From the NCBI GenBank assembly GCA_963662265.2, contig CAXXHA010000008.1:90004-154003 (forward strand): a stretch of DNA of 64,000 nucleotides, written 5' to 3'. This DNA is from Spirochaetia bacterium. Lineage in GTDB: Bacteria; Spirochaetota; Spirochaetia; CADAEX01. The notes beneath the pieces are model-generated. The model was not told the origin of the DNA. It did not search any database and saw nothing but the letters and a program-made list of their open reading frames with translations. Both the position numbers and the translations under genes were made by a program. How positions within the stretch are numbered: the stretch's first letter is position 1; each line of letters opens with the position of its first letter. Below are positions 8,482 through 19,102 of this stretch, one piece after another.

Positions 8482-9411
8482 ATGAAAACAGCAATAATCG
8501 GTGCAGGTGCTATAGGAAGTCTTTTCGGATCACTTTTGAAAATAAACAATATTGATGCAGTTTTATTTGACAGGGACCAGGATAAAATAAACTATATTAA
8601 AAACAACGGGCTTAAGCTGATCTATCCGGGTAACGGAGAAAGCTTCAGGATTTATCCGGAAGCAGAATCTGATATCATGAAAATAAAAGATTTTGACTAT
8701 TATCTCATGTGCGTGAAATCATATTCAACAGAAGCTGCTGCAGCTGAAATCAGTGCAGTATGCAGCAGTAAATCTGTTATTGTTACTTTTCAGAACGGCA
8801 TGGGAAATGTAGATATACTGAAAAAATATTTCCCGGAAAGCAGAATTGCTGCAGGTACAACATCGGAGGGGGCATCGTTCAAGTCACCCGGTACTGTTAT
8901 ATACGGAGGTAAAGGAAAGACCTCTTTTTCAATTATAGATGCAGGTAATGACAATAAAAAGCTCGGGCAGCTCATAACAATGCTGAATAACGGAGGCATT
9001 GATACCTCCCGGGCAGACAACTACAGGAGGGATATATGGAAAAAGCTTATTGTCAACGCTGCAATAAATCCCTTAACTGCAGTTCTCAGGGTCAAAAATA
9101 TTTCTGTCTCAGAATCCCCCTGTCTCAGGAACCTTGCTGAAATGATAATTTCAGAATCTGTAAAAGCGGCAGAAGCTGACGGGATATTTTTCGATTATGA
9201 AGAGATAAGAGAAAATGTATTTAATATTGCGGAAAAAACTGCTGAAAACAGGTCTTCGATGCTCCAGGATATAGAAAACAAAAGGAAAACAGAGATTGAC
9301 TATATATCGGGAACTGCGGCAGACAGGGCGGAAAAAGCAGGAATAGAAAAATCTGTAAACAGGATAATGCAGAATATAATCAAAGTACTTGAAAACAGGT
9401 ACTTCACTTAA
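8482..9411 (+). CDS. panE: 2-dehydropantoate 2-reductase
   Basis: GAGAIG Rossmann motif, [39 protein letters not shown]. Start set to MKTAII at 8482. Confidence 0.93.
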   Translation: MKTAIIGAGAIGSLFGSLLKINNIDAVLFDRDQDKINYIKNNGLKLIYPGNGESFRIYPEAESDIMKIKDFDYYLMCVKSYSTEAAAAEISAVCSSKSVIVTFQNGMGNVDILKKYFPESRIAAGTTSEGASFKSPGTVIYGGKGKTSFSIIDAGNDNKKLGQLITMLNNGGIDTSRADNYRRDIWKKLIVNAAINPLTAVLRVKNISVSESPCLRNLAEMIISESVKAAEADGIFFDYEEIRENVFNIAEKTAENRSSMLQDIENKRKTEIDYISGTAADRAEKAGIEKSVNRIMQNIIKVLENRYFT

Positions 9412-9437
9412 AAAAATATAATTGTTACAATTCCACC

Positions 9438-10010
9438 ATGAATGAACAACGAGTACAGGAACTTATTAAAGAACTTCTCATCGAAATAGGCGAAGATCCT
9501 GAAAGGGAAGGACTCCTGACAACACCGGACAGATTTGCAAAAGCATTTTCATTCCTGACTAAGGGATACAACGAAAATATAGAAGATGTCATCAATGGAG
9601 CTGTTTTTACGACAGAAAGCAACAACATGGTGATCCTCAGGGATATTGAGGTTTACAGCCTGTGTGAACATCACATGCTTCCCTTCTACGGGAAATGCCA
9701 TATCGGATACATACCTAAAAACAAGCTGCTTGGAGTAAGCAAGCTTGCAAGAATTGTGGAAGTTTATGCAAGAAGGCTCCAGATACAGGAGAGGCTCACT
9801 GCACAGATCGCAGATGCCATAAAAAATGCCATTGATGTTGAGGGAGTCGGCGTTGTAATGGAATGCAAACACCTCTGCATGATGATGAGGGGTGTTGAAA
9901 AGCAGAATTCCTTCATGACAACATCAACAGTACTCGGAAGTTTTCACAACCAGCTGGCAACAAGGCAGGAATTCATGAATCTTATAGGGATAGGAAGAAC
10001 ACAGCTCTGA
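9438..10010 (+). CDS. folE: GTP cyclohydrolase I
   Basis: [44 protein letters not shown] motifs. Confidence 0.97.
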   Translation: MNEQRVQELIKELLIEIGEDPEREGLLTTPDRFAKAFSFLTKGYNENIEDVINGAVFTTESNNMVILRDIEVYSLCEHHMLPFYGKCHIGYIPKNKLLGVSKLARIVEVYARRLQIQERLTAQIADAIKNAIDVEGVGVVMECKHLCMMMRGVEKQNSFMTTSTVLGSFHNQLATRQEFMNLIGIGRTQL

Positions 10011-10212
10011 CAGATATAAATAGCCCTGCAGGCAGACAATCTTAAGCACTGTTCCATGTTCTGATCGGGGAAAAAAAGCAGAAAGATGGTTTTAAAGAAG
10101 TACCTGTAAAACCTCTTTCAAAGGCAGTCTGAATCAAGTAACAAGTCAGATAAATTTAAAACAGCTTTCCTGAAAAGGAAAGCCGTAATATTCCTGAAAA
10201 ATATCTGAACTG

Positions 10213-11787
10213 TTATTTCCCCAGCATCAGTTTTGTAAGCTGGAGGAAAAAATATATTTTTCTGTATATTTTCTTTATCTCTTCAGGGAGGTTACCGGGA
10301 TATTCCCCCTTCACTACTGAAGGATTGATAATAATCGACATTTTTGTTGTATCTTCAAGATCCGGAAGAAGATCCTTGAGACTGTTTGCTACTTTAACAA
10401 GATTCCTGTAAGTATCCTGCCCCAGCACAACAGCTCGGTTATTGACATCCATAAGGCATTTCTTTACATCAACCTTGTACTTGGGCTCTGCAGTCATTCT
10501 CTTCATGAAAGTATTCAGCTTTATCCCCACTTCCTCGTCCGAAGCAAGCGACTGGTCAAAATCAGTGATTTTTTCTGAAAGGGAAACAAGTTCATCCATT
10601 GTATCGGAGAGTTCCTTGCTGTAATTATTTGACTTCCATTCGACCTTTACTACGAAAAAATTCACGAGTTTCAGGATATCGCTTTTAACAACATCAAGCA
10701 TAAATGCCTTGAGATAATTCATGAAATCAACATGGAGATAACCTCCAAGAAGCTTTGTCTTGAATGCTGTGTTGTTGCTTTCAGTGTAATACTTCATCCT
10801 GCTTATTGCAGTGGTGCCGAATATTTCCTTGAGAAGATTATCCCTCCTGCTGTTCTTTGTTTCTTTTATAACTTTCTGTATAACAAGCTCGGTAGATGTT
10901 TTCAGTTTATTGAAATACTCCTCAAATATTTCCCCGTCAGGATCGGAAACAACCGGCTTGTAAAAAGGGTCCTTGTTAAGAAGCTTTACAATATAAAGAA
11001 GAACCTGGGATTTTTCTATCGCAGAAACTGCACCAAGGACTTTACCCCACTGCTGTCTGGGAATGAGTTCCTGCTGCTTGAATAACTCGAGAACTGCGAA
11101 GAGTTTTTCCCAGTCAGGATATTTAAGTATCACAGGAAACATTGATATTGTATCAACAATATCCTCTGTGATATATTCACAGGTTATAGGTGTAAAAGAA
11201 GGTTTATACTTGAAATCCATTTCACCGAAATTTGAATCAAATTTCCTGAGTAGAAAGTAATAATCAAATTTTATAAACTGGAGAAATGCAAGATACTGTC
11301 TGTAGAGAAGATGAACATTCTGTTTCTGCTCATCAGTTATGGATTTCAAGAGAACATCAAGCTCTTTTTTTACAACTTTTATAACAGCAGGATTTTCCTT
11401 TATCCTTTTTTCCACATTATCCTTATGAAGCCTGTTAATAAGTTCTTTCTGTTTCTCGCTCAGCTGGCTGTCGATAAAGAGGTATTTGAGAGCAGGGGAT
11501 TCTTCCTGGTTTGCCAGAAAACTTGCAGGAACTGCCACAGTCTTGTAGATCTGGTAATAGAACTGTGCAAGCTGGGGAAGCGCCTCTTCTGTCTTTACAT
11601 TGAGAAATTTATATTTCTGTTTTCTGAGTATTTTCTGAATATCCTTCAGAAGTCTCCGCTTTTTTGCTTCCGGAGAATTATTAACAAAAAAACTGAGTAT
11701 TTTTTCTATAAATGAAAGCGGCTGCTGCTCCTCTGTGCTGAGCTGACTTTCATCAGAATATTCATCCTGCAGCAAATCATTATCCAT
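10213..11787 (-). CDS. Conserved spirochaetal hypothetical protein (DUF5312-like)
   Basis: Long helical ORF with EAKKRRLLKDI and FDYYFLLRKFD motifs typical of this spirochaete family. Start moved to ATG 11787 because the TTG at 11823 is part of a -35 box. Confidence 0.6.
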   Translation of the reverse strand: MDNDLLQDEYSDESQLSTEEQQPLSFIEKILSFFVNNSPEAKKRRLLKDIQKILRKQKYKFLNVKTEEALPQLAQFYYQIYKTVAVPASFLANQEESPALKYLFIDSQLSEKQKELINRLHKDNVEKRIKENPAVIKVVKKELDVLLKSITDEQKQNVHLLYRQYLAFLQFIKFDYYFLLRKFDSNFGEMDFKYKPSFTPITCEYITEDIVDTISMFPVILKYPDWEKLFAVLELFKQQELIPRQQWGKVLGAVSAIEKSQVLLYIVKLLNKDPFYKPVVSDPDGEIFEEYFNKLKTSTELVIQKVIKETKNSRRDNLLKEIFGTTAISRMKYYTESNNTAFKTKLLGGYLHVDFMNYLKAFMLDVVKSDILKLVNFFVVKVEWKSNNYSKELSDTMDELVSLSEKITDFDQSLASDEEVGIKLNTFMKRMTAEPKYKVDVKKCLMDVNNRAVVLGQDTYRNLVKVANSLKDLLPDLEDTTKMSIIINPSVVKGEYPGNLPEEIKKIYRKIYFFLQLTKLMLGK

Positions 11788-11908
11788 AGAATTATAATAG
11801 TGATAAAACCGCCTCACTGTCAATCTTATTAATTAAGTCTGTGACAGCATGACACAAAACACCATGTTTTTCGAATAAAATGTTTCAAGGCAAGTATTTT
11901 TAGCTTTC

Positions 11909-12832
11909 TCAGTCTTTATAGAGCCGTCCCTGTCTTGCTCCCTGCCTTATCATCTCTTTTGCAAGAATCGTGTATATCTCCCCTTTCCTTAAGTCCCGCC
12001 TCGGAGCAGCTCTTCTCTTATCAGGAGTATCGCAGGTCACTCTCATGATTACCATATCCTCTGGCAGAAGTTCTATCGCCTTTACAAGATATGTTATATG
12101 CCTCATCCCGCACGGAACACTTAACTCCCCTTTCAAATACTCATCAAACAGAGGAGTAGAAAGTGGAACATGGAGGTTATGAAGCTTAATCCCTTCAGGC
12201 TTCTGACTTGCAAGATATTTTACACTCATCATCATATCATCAAATGATTCATCCGGGAGTCCGAAAATAAGGTGGGTAATTAGCTTTATCCCCCTTTCCC
12301 TGAGCATATGAAAGGCTTTTTCAAAATCCGCTACAGTATGTCCCCTGTTTATTCTTACAAGTGTCCTGTCATGGCTGCTCTGGAGACCAAGCTCCACCCA
12401 GACCTCAAGTCCTTTTTCCCTGTATGAGGCGAGAAGATCTGCCTTCTCTTCATCAATACAGTCAGGCCTTGTTGAGACAATTATTTCCCTGAAATCCCCG
12501 AGAGAAAGACAGTAGTCATATATTTCCTTCAGTTCATCTGTTTCGCCGTATGTTCCGGAAAAAGCCTGGATATAGAGGAGAAATATTTCTGCATTATATC
12601 TTTTTTTAAGAAACCTCACCCCCCGTTCAACCTGCTCCCTGATTTCAACCGATTTATCAAGATAGGTGGCCCTGGCCCCGTTTCCGTCACAGTATGTACA
12701 GCCGGGTCTGCTTCTGTCTTCTCCCCTGTTCGGGCATGAAAGTCCGATATCGACAGAGACGCGGAATGCTTTTTTCCCGTATTTATTTATGAGGTAATTC
12801 GAATAGTTGTTAAAAGGTAATTTTATATCCAT
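11909..12832 (-). CDS. TIGR01212/YhcC-family radical SAM protein
   Basis: CPNR...GCTYC, STRPDC, VELGLQS, INRGH, IKLHNLH motifs. Confidence 0.9.
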   Translation of the reverse strand: MDIKLPFNNYSNYLINKYGKKAFRVSVDIGLSCPNRGEDRSRPGCTYCDGNGARATYLDKSVEIREQVERGVRFLKKRYNAEIFLLYIQAFSGTYGETDELKEIYDYCLSLGDFREIIVSTRPDCIDEEKADLLASYREKGLEVWVELGLQSSHDRTLVRINRGHTVADFEKAFHMLRERGIKLITHLIFGLPDESFDDMMMSVKYLASQKPEGIKLHNLHVPLSTPLFDEYLKGELSVPCGMRHITYLVKAIELLPEDMVIMRVTCDTPDKRRAAPRRDLRKGEIYTILAKEMIRQGARQGRLYKD

Positions 12833-12838
12833 ATCTGA

Positions 12839-12867
12839 TTGACATTCTAATCACTGTAACATAAAAT
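12839..12867 (+). promoter_or_regulatory. sigma70 promoter, probably driving a leaderless mRNA
   Basis: TTGACA-17 bp-TAAAAT, with the ATG 8 nt downstream and no SD. Confidence 0.65.
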
Positions 12868-12875
12868 TTCCACCT

Positions 12876-14114
12876 ATGAAAATCAATATAAAAACAGCTG
12901 CTGTACTGCTTTCAGCATTAATAATTTTAAACGGATGTAGTCTTTTCACAAAAAAGACTTTTGTAATATGGACGGATCAGCCTGCAATAATTTCTTATAT
13001 AGAAAATTTCAACACAGCCCAGAAATCTGTGAAAGCGGAACTTGTTTACAAGAAAAACCCGGCTTATGAAATCAGAAAGACCAAAGTTTATCCCGACCTC
13101 GTCATAAGCAGCAGTCTTAATTCAGCAAGAGTTATTGACAACTTCACAAAAACAGATTCGCTGTTTAAAAAAAACAAAATAGACAGAAATACATTTTACA
13201 GGAAACTCCTCGACAAGGGGATGTCTGACAACAGGCAGATACTGATCCCTGTATCATTCAATCTCCCGGCACTCATGTTCAGAAAAGGGGAAGTAAGTTA
13301 CAACATAAGCAACTTTGTACTGAACGAACAGAACCTGATCGATATAAGCTCAGATTTCAACAGCAAGAACAGTTCACTTCTTGCCTTCTCACCGAGATGG
13401 AACAGGGAATTCCTTGTACATATCGCAGACCTGTATGGAGCATCTTTCCAGGAAAAGGGATCGGGACGTCTTTCCTACAACATGGAAAATATAGAAAATT
13501 CTCTTTCCTTTGTCAGGAAATTTATCGAGGAAACAAACAAGGGAATTGAAAACGACATAGCTTTTGAGGATAAATACCTTTACAAACCTGCCGAAAACCT
13601 CCTTGATGAGGGTAAAATTTTCTTTTCATTCACAAACCTGAGAAAATTCTATGCCATAAGCCAGAAGGAACGGGTAAACCTCAACTTCAGGTGGACTGCC
13701 AAGGATAACTATATAATGGCTGATGAAGATATTGTCTACGCAGGAATACCAAAACACGCAGAGAACAAGCGGGGAGCATTTGATTTTCTCGAATGGTTTT
13801 TTACACATGAGACACAGCACAAACTTATGGAATCTGCAAAAAAGAAAAGAACAAGATCTTTCGGCATCTGCATGGGCTTTTCATCGATAAAATCTGTAAA
13901 TGAACAGACCTTTCCCAGGCATTACCCTCTTCTTGTCGGGCATATTCCGCCCGAGGATATCCTTGAATTTCCAAAGCCCCATCCGCTTGAATGGAGAAAA
14001 ATCAAGAAAGAGGCAGTTCTTGACTGGCTTTACATGGAATCTGCCAACAAAAAAACAGAAACAAGTTTTGACGATGCTGTAAATAACTGGTATAAACTGA
14101 ATCCCGAATTCTGA
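12876..14114 (+). CDS. Extracellular solute-binding lipoprotein (ABC-type)
   Basis: Lipobox LNGC; LIPVSFNLP and AFDFLEWF...ETQ motifs of family-1 SBPs. Confidence 0.7.
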   Translation: MKINIKTAAVLLSALIILNGCSLFTKKTFVIWTDQPAIISYIENFNTAQKSVKAELVYKKNPAYEIRKTKVYPDLVISSSLNSARVIDNFTKTDSLFKKNKIDRNTFYRKLLDKGMSDNRQILIPVSFNLPALMFRKGEVSYNISNFVLNEQNLIDISSDFNSKNSSLLAFSPRWNREFLVHIADLYGASFQEKGSGRLSYNMENIENSLSFVRKFIEETNKGIENDIAFEDKYLYKPAENLLDEGKIFFSFTNLRKFYAISQKERVNLNFRWTAKDNYIMADEDIVYAGIPKHAENKRGAFDFLEWFFTHETQHKLMESAKKKRTRSFGICMGFSSIKSVNEQTFPRHYPLLVGHIPPEDILEFPKPHPLEWRKIKKEAVLDWLYMESANKKTETSFDDAVNNWYKLNPEF

Positions 14115-14297
14115 TTGTTTTAAGCTTCTGTTGAAGATTGTTTATGATAAATCACTGCATCAGCATTACTGCCAGATAAGACACACTGAAAGCCCTGAAA
14201 ACAATTTTATCCGGGAGCAGTGCTGCTGCTCCTGAGCAGTTCTGATACTGCAGAGCCAAGCTGCAGAGCCGGATCTCAGCAGAATAAATCTCAGCAG

Positions 14298-15395
14298 TTA
14301 AGAAAACTGCTTCTTCACTCCCCGCACATTCCTGAAAATCCACTTAAGGTCATCAGTTTCCCCCGGGACTTTTCCAAACGCCTTTTTCCACACAGTGCTA
14401 CTCTCCATGCACATGTAGACAGGCGCTCCTGTAGCCTTTTTAAGCTTTTCATGCATTTTCCTGTAGACTTCCTTTCTTTCCGTCTGAAGATACCTGAACT
14501 TACCGTCATGGCAGGGAACAAATTCATTGTAGAGATACGGCCTGTCCTGCATCCTGTCCTTAAGAGAAGGTGTATACCTGAATGTTCCCAGGCTTATCCA
14601 CTTGATTTTTCCCTTCGGAAAGACAGAAAGCTTTTCAGCAACTTCCAGATACCTCGGCTCCCAGTTGTTCTCGCATATTATAGGGTCAAAATGGAATGCA
14701 AGGTTATAGCCTGCATTCACAGCCTTTTCAGCAGCCTTCAGCCTGCTTGAAAGGGGAAACGCATCAGGTTCTTCAGCGCATACAGTATCTTCAGGGTTGA
14801 GGGAAAAACTTATAATAGCGTTGCCCTTCCTGTCTATATCTAGAAGGTGGTCGACAAAATCAGTCTTTGTCTTTGCCTCGAAATATACATTGTCATATGA
14901 TGAAAGCTCTCTTACAAAATCCTCAGTCATTTCAAAGAGGGGATCAAACTGAAGCGAATCGCCCACTTCCCCGGTACCGACTCGTATGAAGCGGTCTGAA
15001 TTAAGCTCTGCAAGCTGTTTGATTCTTTCTATTGCTGGGGCTGAATCACCGTAAACCGTAATAGGAGCAAAATTAAGATAGCTTTTCATAATGCAGTAGC
15101 TGCAGCCTAGAGTGCAGCCTTCATAGAGGTCCACGGTAAGATAATTGCAGCAGATATGGCCGTTTGTGCCGGGGCAGCGGCCGACAGTCTCCCCTATTCT
15201 CTTCTTTATGAAGAGAGTGCTGCTGTTGAGGTCTTTTTCAGGGATCTGGTCCTTGTTGTCAATAACTGTCACAGGAAGCCTGTCAAGCCTGTCAAGAGCC
15301 CTCCTGACAGGTTTTTCATCAAGTACATCCCCGATAACATAAATCCGTTTGAAAATAGAGTAATAGTAATCCTTATAGTAATCTGAAAATATCAT
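14298..15395 (-). CDS. Spore photoproduct lyase-like radical SAM protein
   Basis: CPGT..HICC.Y, GCTLGCSYC, GTGEVGDS, KTKT, FSLNP, FHFDP, DGKFRY, YMCMES. Start taken at MIFSD. Confidence 0.8.
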   Translation of the reverse strand: MIFSDYYKDYYYSIFKRIYVIGDVLDEKPVRRALDRLDRLPVTVIDNKDQIPEKDLNSSTLFIKKRIGETVGRCPGTNGHICCNYLTVDLYEGCTLGCSYCIMKSYLNFAPITVYGDSAPAIERIKQLAELNSDRFIRVGTGEVGDSLQFDPLFEMTEDFVRELSSYDNVYFEAKTKTDFVDHLLDIDRKGNAIISFSLNPEDTVCAEEPDAFPLSSRLKAAEKAVNAGYNLAFHFDPIICENNWEPRYLEVAEKLSVFPKGKIKWISLGTFRYTPSLKDRMQDRPYLYNEFVPCHDGKFRYLQTERKEVYRKMHEKLKKATGAPVYMCMESSTVWKKAFGKVPGETDDLKWIFRNVRGVKKQFS

Positions 15396-16233
15396 CTGAT
15401 GTTTCCCTGACTTTCTCAAGCCTCTCAATTATTCTGGAAAGCTGTTTCTTTGATTTAAAGCTGAACTGTACTGAATAGCCACCTCCCTCGAAATAAGGTG
15501 GAGATTTCAGCTGTATGCCTGACCCTTTGAGATATTTATCTGTATAATCACTGAAATCTTTTTCAAGGCTTTTAAGAGAGGGATACCTGCATGCTGCTAT
15601 ATACCCGAAGGGGTCATCTGCTTCAGCTGCATTATTGAGAAGAGATGCAATATCGCCCCTGTCCCTGTCTCCCTTTTTGAATAGCTCAACAATATAGTTT
15701 ATGAAAAGACGTTTTCTGCTAAAGGAAAAGTCCCTGATTATTTCAACAATTTTAGAAATAATTTCATTATCAAAAAGACTGAGCCGCACTGCTGTTTTCA
15801 AGTCAATAATATTGTCATTGACAATCTCTTTAAGATAAGAATCAAGTGAGGAGAATTTATCTGTATTGGGGATGAATGATCCGACTTCCTGTATAAGCTT
15901 AAGTACTTCAGTTTTTTCCTCATCAATACTGTTTTTACGGATAAATTCAAGTATTTGTTCCTTCTCAAACCATGTGTAGGAATCTTTTCTGTTTTCAGCC
16001 TTCAGAGCTGTTACAAGGCATTCTTCAGGAGAAGCAGCAATATACCTGCAGAAAATATCTTTTCTGTTTCCTGATATAGCACAGCGCACAATATTATGCC
16101 CCCAGACAAGGTCGCTGCCTGATATTACCGGGAGTTCATATAAATCTTCATCAACAGCATCATTATTCACAAAAAAATCATATTCAGAAGTGTTTAATGC
16201 TATTTCGCGGACAGTAGTATTTTTAATAATCAT
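15373..16233 (-). CDS. Hypothetical protein, degenerate ParB/Srx-like partner of the SPL-like gene
   Basis: LVWGH..V, KAENR and C-terminal RYPSL...PPYFEG..YSVQFSFKS resemble ParB-like proteins found upstream of SPL-like genes. Overlaps the downstream gene. Confidence 0.45.
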   Translation of the reverse strand: MIIKNTTVREIALNTSEYDFFVNNDAVDEDLYELPVISGSDLVWGHNIVRCAISGNRKDIFCRYIAASPEECLVTALKAENRKDSYTWFEKEQILEFIRKNSIDEEKTEVLKLIQEVGSFIPNTDKFSSLDSYLKEIVNDNIIDLKTAVRLSLFDNEIISKIVEIIRDFSFSRKRLFINYIVELFKKGDRDRGDIASLLNNAAEADDPFGYIAACRYPSLKSLEKDFSDYTDKYLKGSGIQLKSPPYFEGGGYSVQFSFKSKKQLSRIIERLEKVRETSDDIFRLL

Positions 16234-16364
16234 TTAAGAATAGTATCAAAATCAGCTGATTATTCCAAGATATTAACTACAGATGATTATTGACAATTTC
16301 AATCCTCATCAATAGGATAAATGTTGATTAAATATCTCATAGCGATCAGCAAGGAGCATTAAAT

Positions 16365-17693
16365 TTGGACATTTCAGAAAAAAAAGCAGTAGCAATTCTG
16401 GGATGCGGTGTTGTCGGCGGGGCAACTGCATCAATCTTAACCAAAGATATTGATTATCTTAGAAAAAGAACAGGTATCAATTTTTATCTTAAATATATCG
16501 TTGATATTGACTTCACGTATGCAGAATCACTTTCTCTTGATAATAATCTCTACACGAAAGATCTGGATACAGTTCTTGCTGATCCGGAAGTAAGCATAGT
16601 TGTTGAACTCATGGGAGGAACAACAATTGCAAGGGATTTCTCAAAGAAAATCCTGAAAGCGGGAAAACATATTGTAACAGCAAACAAGGCACTCCTGGCT
16701 CATTATGGTGTTGAACTTTTCACACTTGCAAGGGAAAACAATGTTTCCATCTCTTTCGAGGCAAGCTGCGGAGGCGGAATACCTGTAATAAGAGCACTTT
16801 ATGACGGCCTTATTGCAAATAAAAACGAAGCTCTCTACGGTATTGTCAACGGTACCTGTAACTACATTCTCACAGAAATGACTGCTAACGGCGTCAGTTA
16901 CGATGAAGCCTTGATCGGGGCAAAGGAAAAAGGGCTTGCAGAAGCAGATCCGTCACTTGATGTTTCAGGCATGGATTCGGCACACAAACTTGCTATTTTA
17001 AGCTCAATTGCATTCGGCAAGCAGGTTTCTCTTGATTCCATCCCTGTTACCGGGATTGATAATCTTGAACTTTTTGATGTTGCATCAGGTAAAGAGCTCG
17101 GCTATATTGTCAAACTCATTGCAATGGCAAAAATTGTAGATGACAAGGTTTCCCTCAGGGTAAGCCCGTCATTCATCAGCACAGAACATCCGCTCGCATG
17201 GATTTCAGGCCCTTTCAACGCAATAAGCGTATACAGCCATGCAGTTGGACATACAATGTACTACGGAAGAGGGGCAGGAGGATCTCCTACAGCATCAGCA
17301 GTAATTTCAGATATTATCTCGGTACTTCTCGGAACAACAGAAAATACTTTCAACAAGCTTCCTATATGGCCTGATATTTCAGAAGCTGCGGATATTCTTC
17401 CGGCAGAGGAAATCAAGGGCAGATATTACATACGTATAACTGTGAAGGATCAGCCCGGCGTACTTTCAAAAATTTCTACAGCATTCCTGGAACACAATAT
17501 AAGCATTTCAAGTGTTCTCCAGAAAGGAAACGGGGAAGATACAATTGACAACTATGTTCCAATTGTAATAACAACACATGAAGCAAAGGAAGGAAGCATT
17601 GTAAAAGCCCTGAAAGAGGTTGATAACTTCAGTTTCAGCAAGGGAAACAGTGTATATCTGAATATCATCGATGAACATGAGGAATCTCTGTAG
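16365..17693 (+). CDS. hom: Homoserine dehydrogenase with C-terminal ACT domain
   Basis: GCGVVG, VTANKALLA, FEASCGGGIP, NGTCNYIL, AEADPSLDV, GRGAG..PTASAV, DQPGVL. Confidence 0.95.
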   Translation: MDISEKKAVAILGCGVVGGATASILTKDIDYLRKRTGINFYLKYIVDIDFTYAESLSLDNNLYTKDLDTVLADPEVSIVVELMGGTTIARDFSKKILKAGKHIVTANKALLAHYGVELFTLARENNVSISFEASCGGGIPVIRALYDGLIANKNEALYGIVNGTCNYILTEMTANGVSYDEALIGAKEKGLAEADPSLDVSGMDSAHKLAILSSIAFGKQVSLDSIPVTGIDNLELFDVASGKELGYIVKLIAMAKIVDDKVSLRVSPSFISTEHPLAWISGPFNAISVYSHAVGHTMYYGRGAGGSPTASAVISDIISVLLGTTENTFNKLPIWPDISEAADILPAEEIKGRYYIRITVKDQPGVLSKISTAFLEHNISISSVLQKGNGEDTIDNYVPIVITTHEAKEGSIVKALKEVDNFSFSKGNSVYLNIIDEHEESL

Positions 17694-17728
17694 ATATAAT
17701 CAGTTTCCGTTTAAAACTTTTACATAAT

Positions 17729-17762
17729 AAGCTGCAGATACCAGTTATCTGCAGCTTTTTTT
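17729..17762 (+). terminator. Rho-independent terminator after hom
   Basis: AAGCTGCAGATA-loop-TATCTGCAGCTT followed by a T-run. Confidence 0.8.
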
Positions 17763-17950
17763 AGCCTCTCATCTCAATCCGTAATTAAAACGTGGAAATC
17801 AGCTGTAAATAATCCGTATTTCTTCTTTAGCCGGTTTTTAAACTGGAATTCATACGTTCAACTAAATAATTGTTTATTTGCCCCTAAAAACTAAACTCTT
17901 GACTGCAAAAAGTCGATCATGATATTATCTCAATAATTAAGGAGGTACTG

Positions 17951-18259
17951 ATGGAAGGTAATAATGCTTCCAGTCAGGATTCTGTACATCCAGCTGAAAA
18001 AGTATATTGTGCCAACTGTATTCATTGCAAAATGGTTAGAGAAAAAGACGGAAACGGTTCCCAGTACTATCTTCGTGTAAGATGTGCTGCAGGAAAATGG
18101 AAGAAAAAACTCGGTGGTGAAAAAGTATATAAATACTTTACAGTAGCCAGGAGAAGTCTTGATGAATGTGACTGCTATATTCCAATGGGAGATCCAAAGG
18201 AATTTCTAAAAGACCTTAAAAAGACTCTTCCGATAAAAGATGAATTATATCAGCAGTAA
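17951..18259 (+). CDS. Small Cys-rich conserved hypothetical protein
   Basis: AGGAGG SD; CANCIHC, RC and ECDC cysteine pattern; upstream TTGACT/TGnTATTAT promoter. Confidence 0.7.
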   Translation: MEGNNASSQDSVHPAEKVYCANCIHCKMVREKDGNGSQYYLRVRCAAGKWKKKLGGEKVYKYFTVARRSLDECDCYIPMGDPKEFLKDLKKTLPIKDELYQQ

Positions 18260-18262
18260 TCA

Positions 18263-18670
18263 GTGAGTATAAATACAATGAAAAGAGTTCTACCCTTTAT
18301 TTTGACATCATTTTTTCTATTTTTAATTTCATGTAACAGCGTACCCAAAGAAATACCTGAAGATATGCAGCCTGAGGAATTTTTCAAGAATGCCCAGTCA
18401 GCAGTAGTGGACTGGGGAAACTACAGAAGGGCTCTGTTTTATTATAATGAATTCATAAAACGGTATCCCGACATGAAAGGAAAAATCCTTGAAGCTGAAT
18501 ATGAAATAGCATTAATTTATTATAAAAAAGAAAATTATTATGAATCTGAAAAACGGTTCAGGGCAATCCTTGATAAATATCAGACAGATGATGCTGTTTA
18601 TTATCCTGAATGGCCAAAAATACTTTCAGAAAAAATACTTAAACAGATTGAAGAAGAAAAGAAGTACTGA
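18263..18670 (+). CDS. TPR lipoprotein (BamD-like)
   Basis: Lipobox LISC; TPR-like helices (ALFYYNEFIKRYP, AEYEIALIYY). True start may be MKRVL. Confidence 0.6.
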   Translation: MSINTMKRVLPFILTSFFLFLISCNSVPKEIPEDMQPEEFFKNAQSAVVDWGNYRRALFYYNEFIKRYPDMKGKILEAEYEIALIYYKKENYYESEKRFRAILDKYQTDDAVYYPEWPKILSEKILKQIEEEKKY

Positions 18671-18687
18671 TTCTTTTTAATTATATA

Positions 18688-18717
18688 AAGGATGCCTTAA
18701 ACAGCATCCTTTTTTTT
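18688..18717 (+). terminator. Rho-independent terminator
   Basis: AAGGATGC-loop-GCATCCTT followed by a T-run. Confidence 0.75.
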
Positions 18718-19102
18718 ATCTGTTCTAGGTAATCATTATTGTGAAAATAATATGACCAGCTGCCAGATCCCATGATTGAAACTCCTGTGATTTTATTTCA
18801 GAATACCGGTAATTTGTTCTTCATTTTAAGAACACTGAATTTAAAAAAGCAACATTCCTTACACAATAATTTTTATAAAATACAATATTTCGATAATTCA
18901 TTCAGAGAAATACAGGATATTTAATCATAATTTCACATATCAACAAAAGCTTTTAAAGGACAATATCCTTTCTGCGACCCGTTAAATATCGAACGGCCCA
19001 CAAAAAGAGAACACCTTCTATTAGTTTAAAGGGAATATTAAAATGGCAGGAATAAAGAAAGAAAAGAGATATAAACAGCCAACACTATGAAAAGTAAAAT
19101 AT

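Noticed and set aside
14248-14297. Short direct duplications (CTGCAGAGCC x2, ATCTCAGCAG x2) between convergent genes
   Set aside because: Too short and irregular to support a functional element; likely local slippage.
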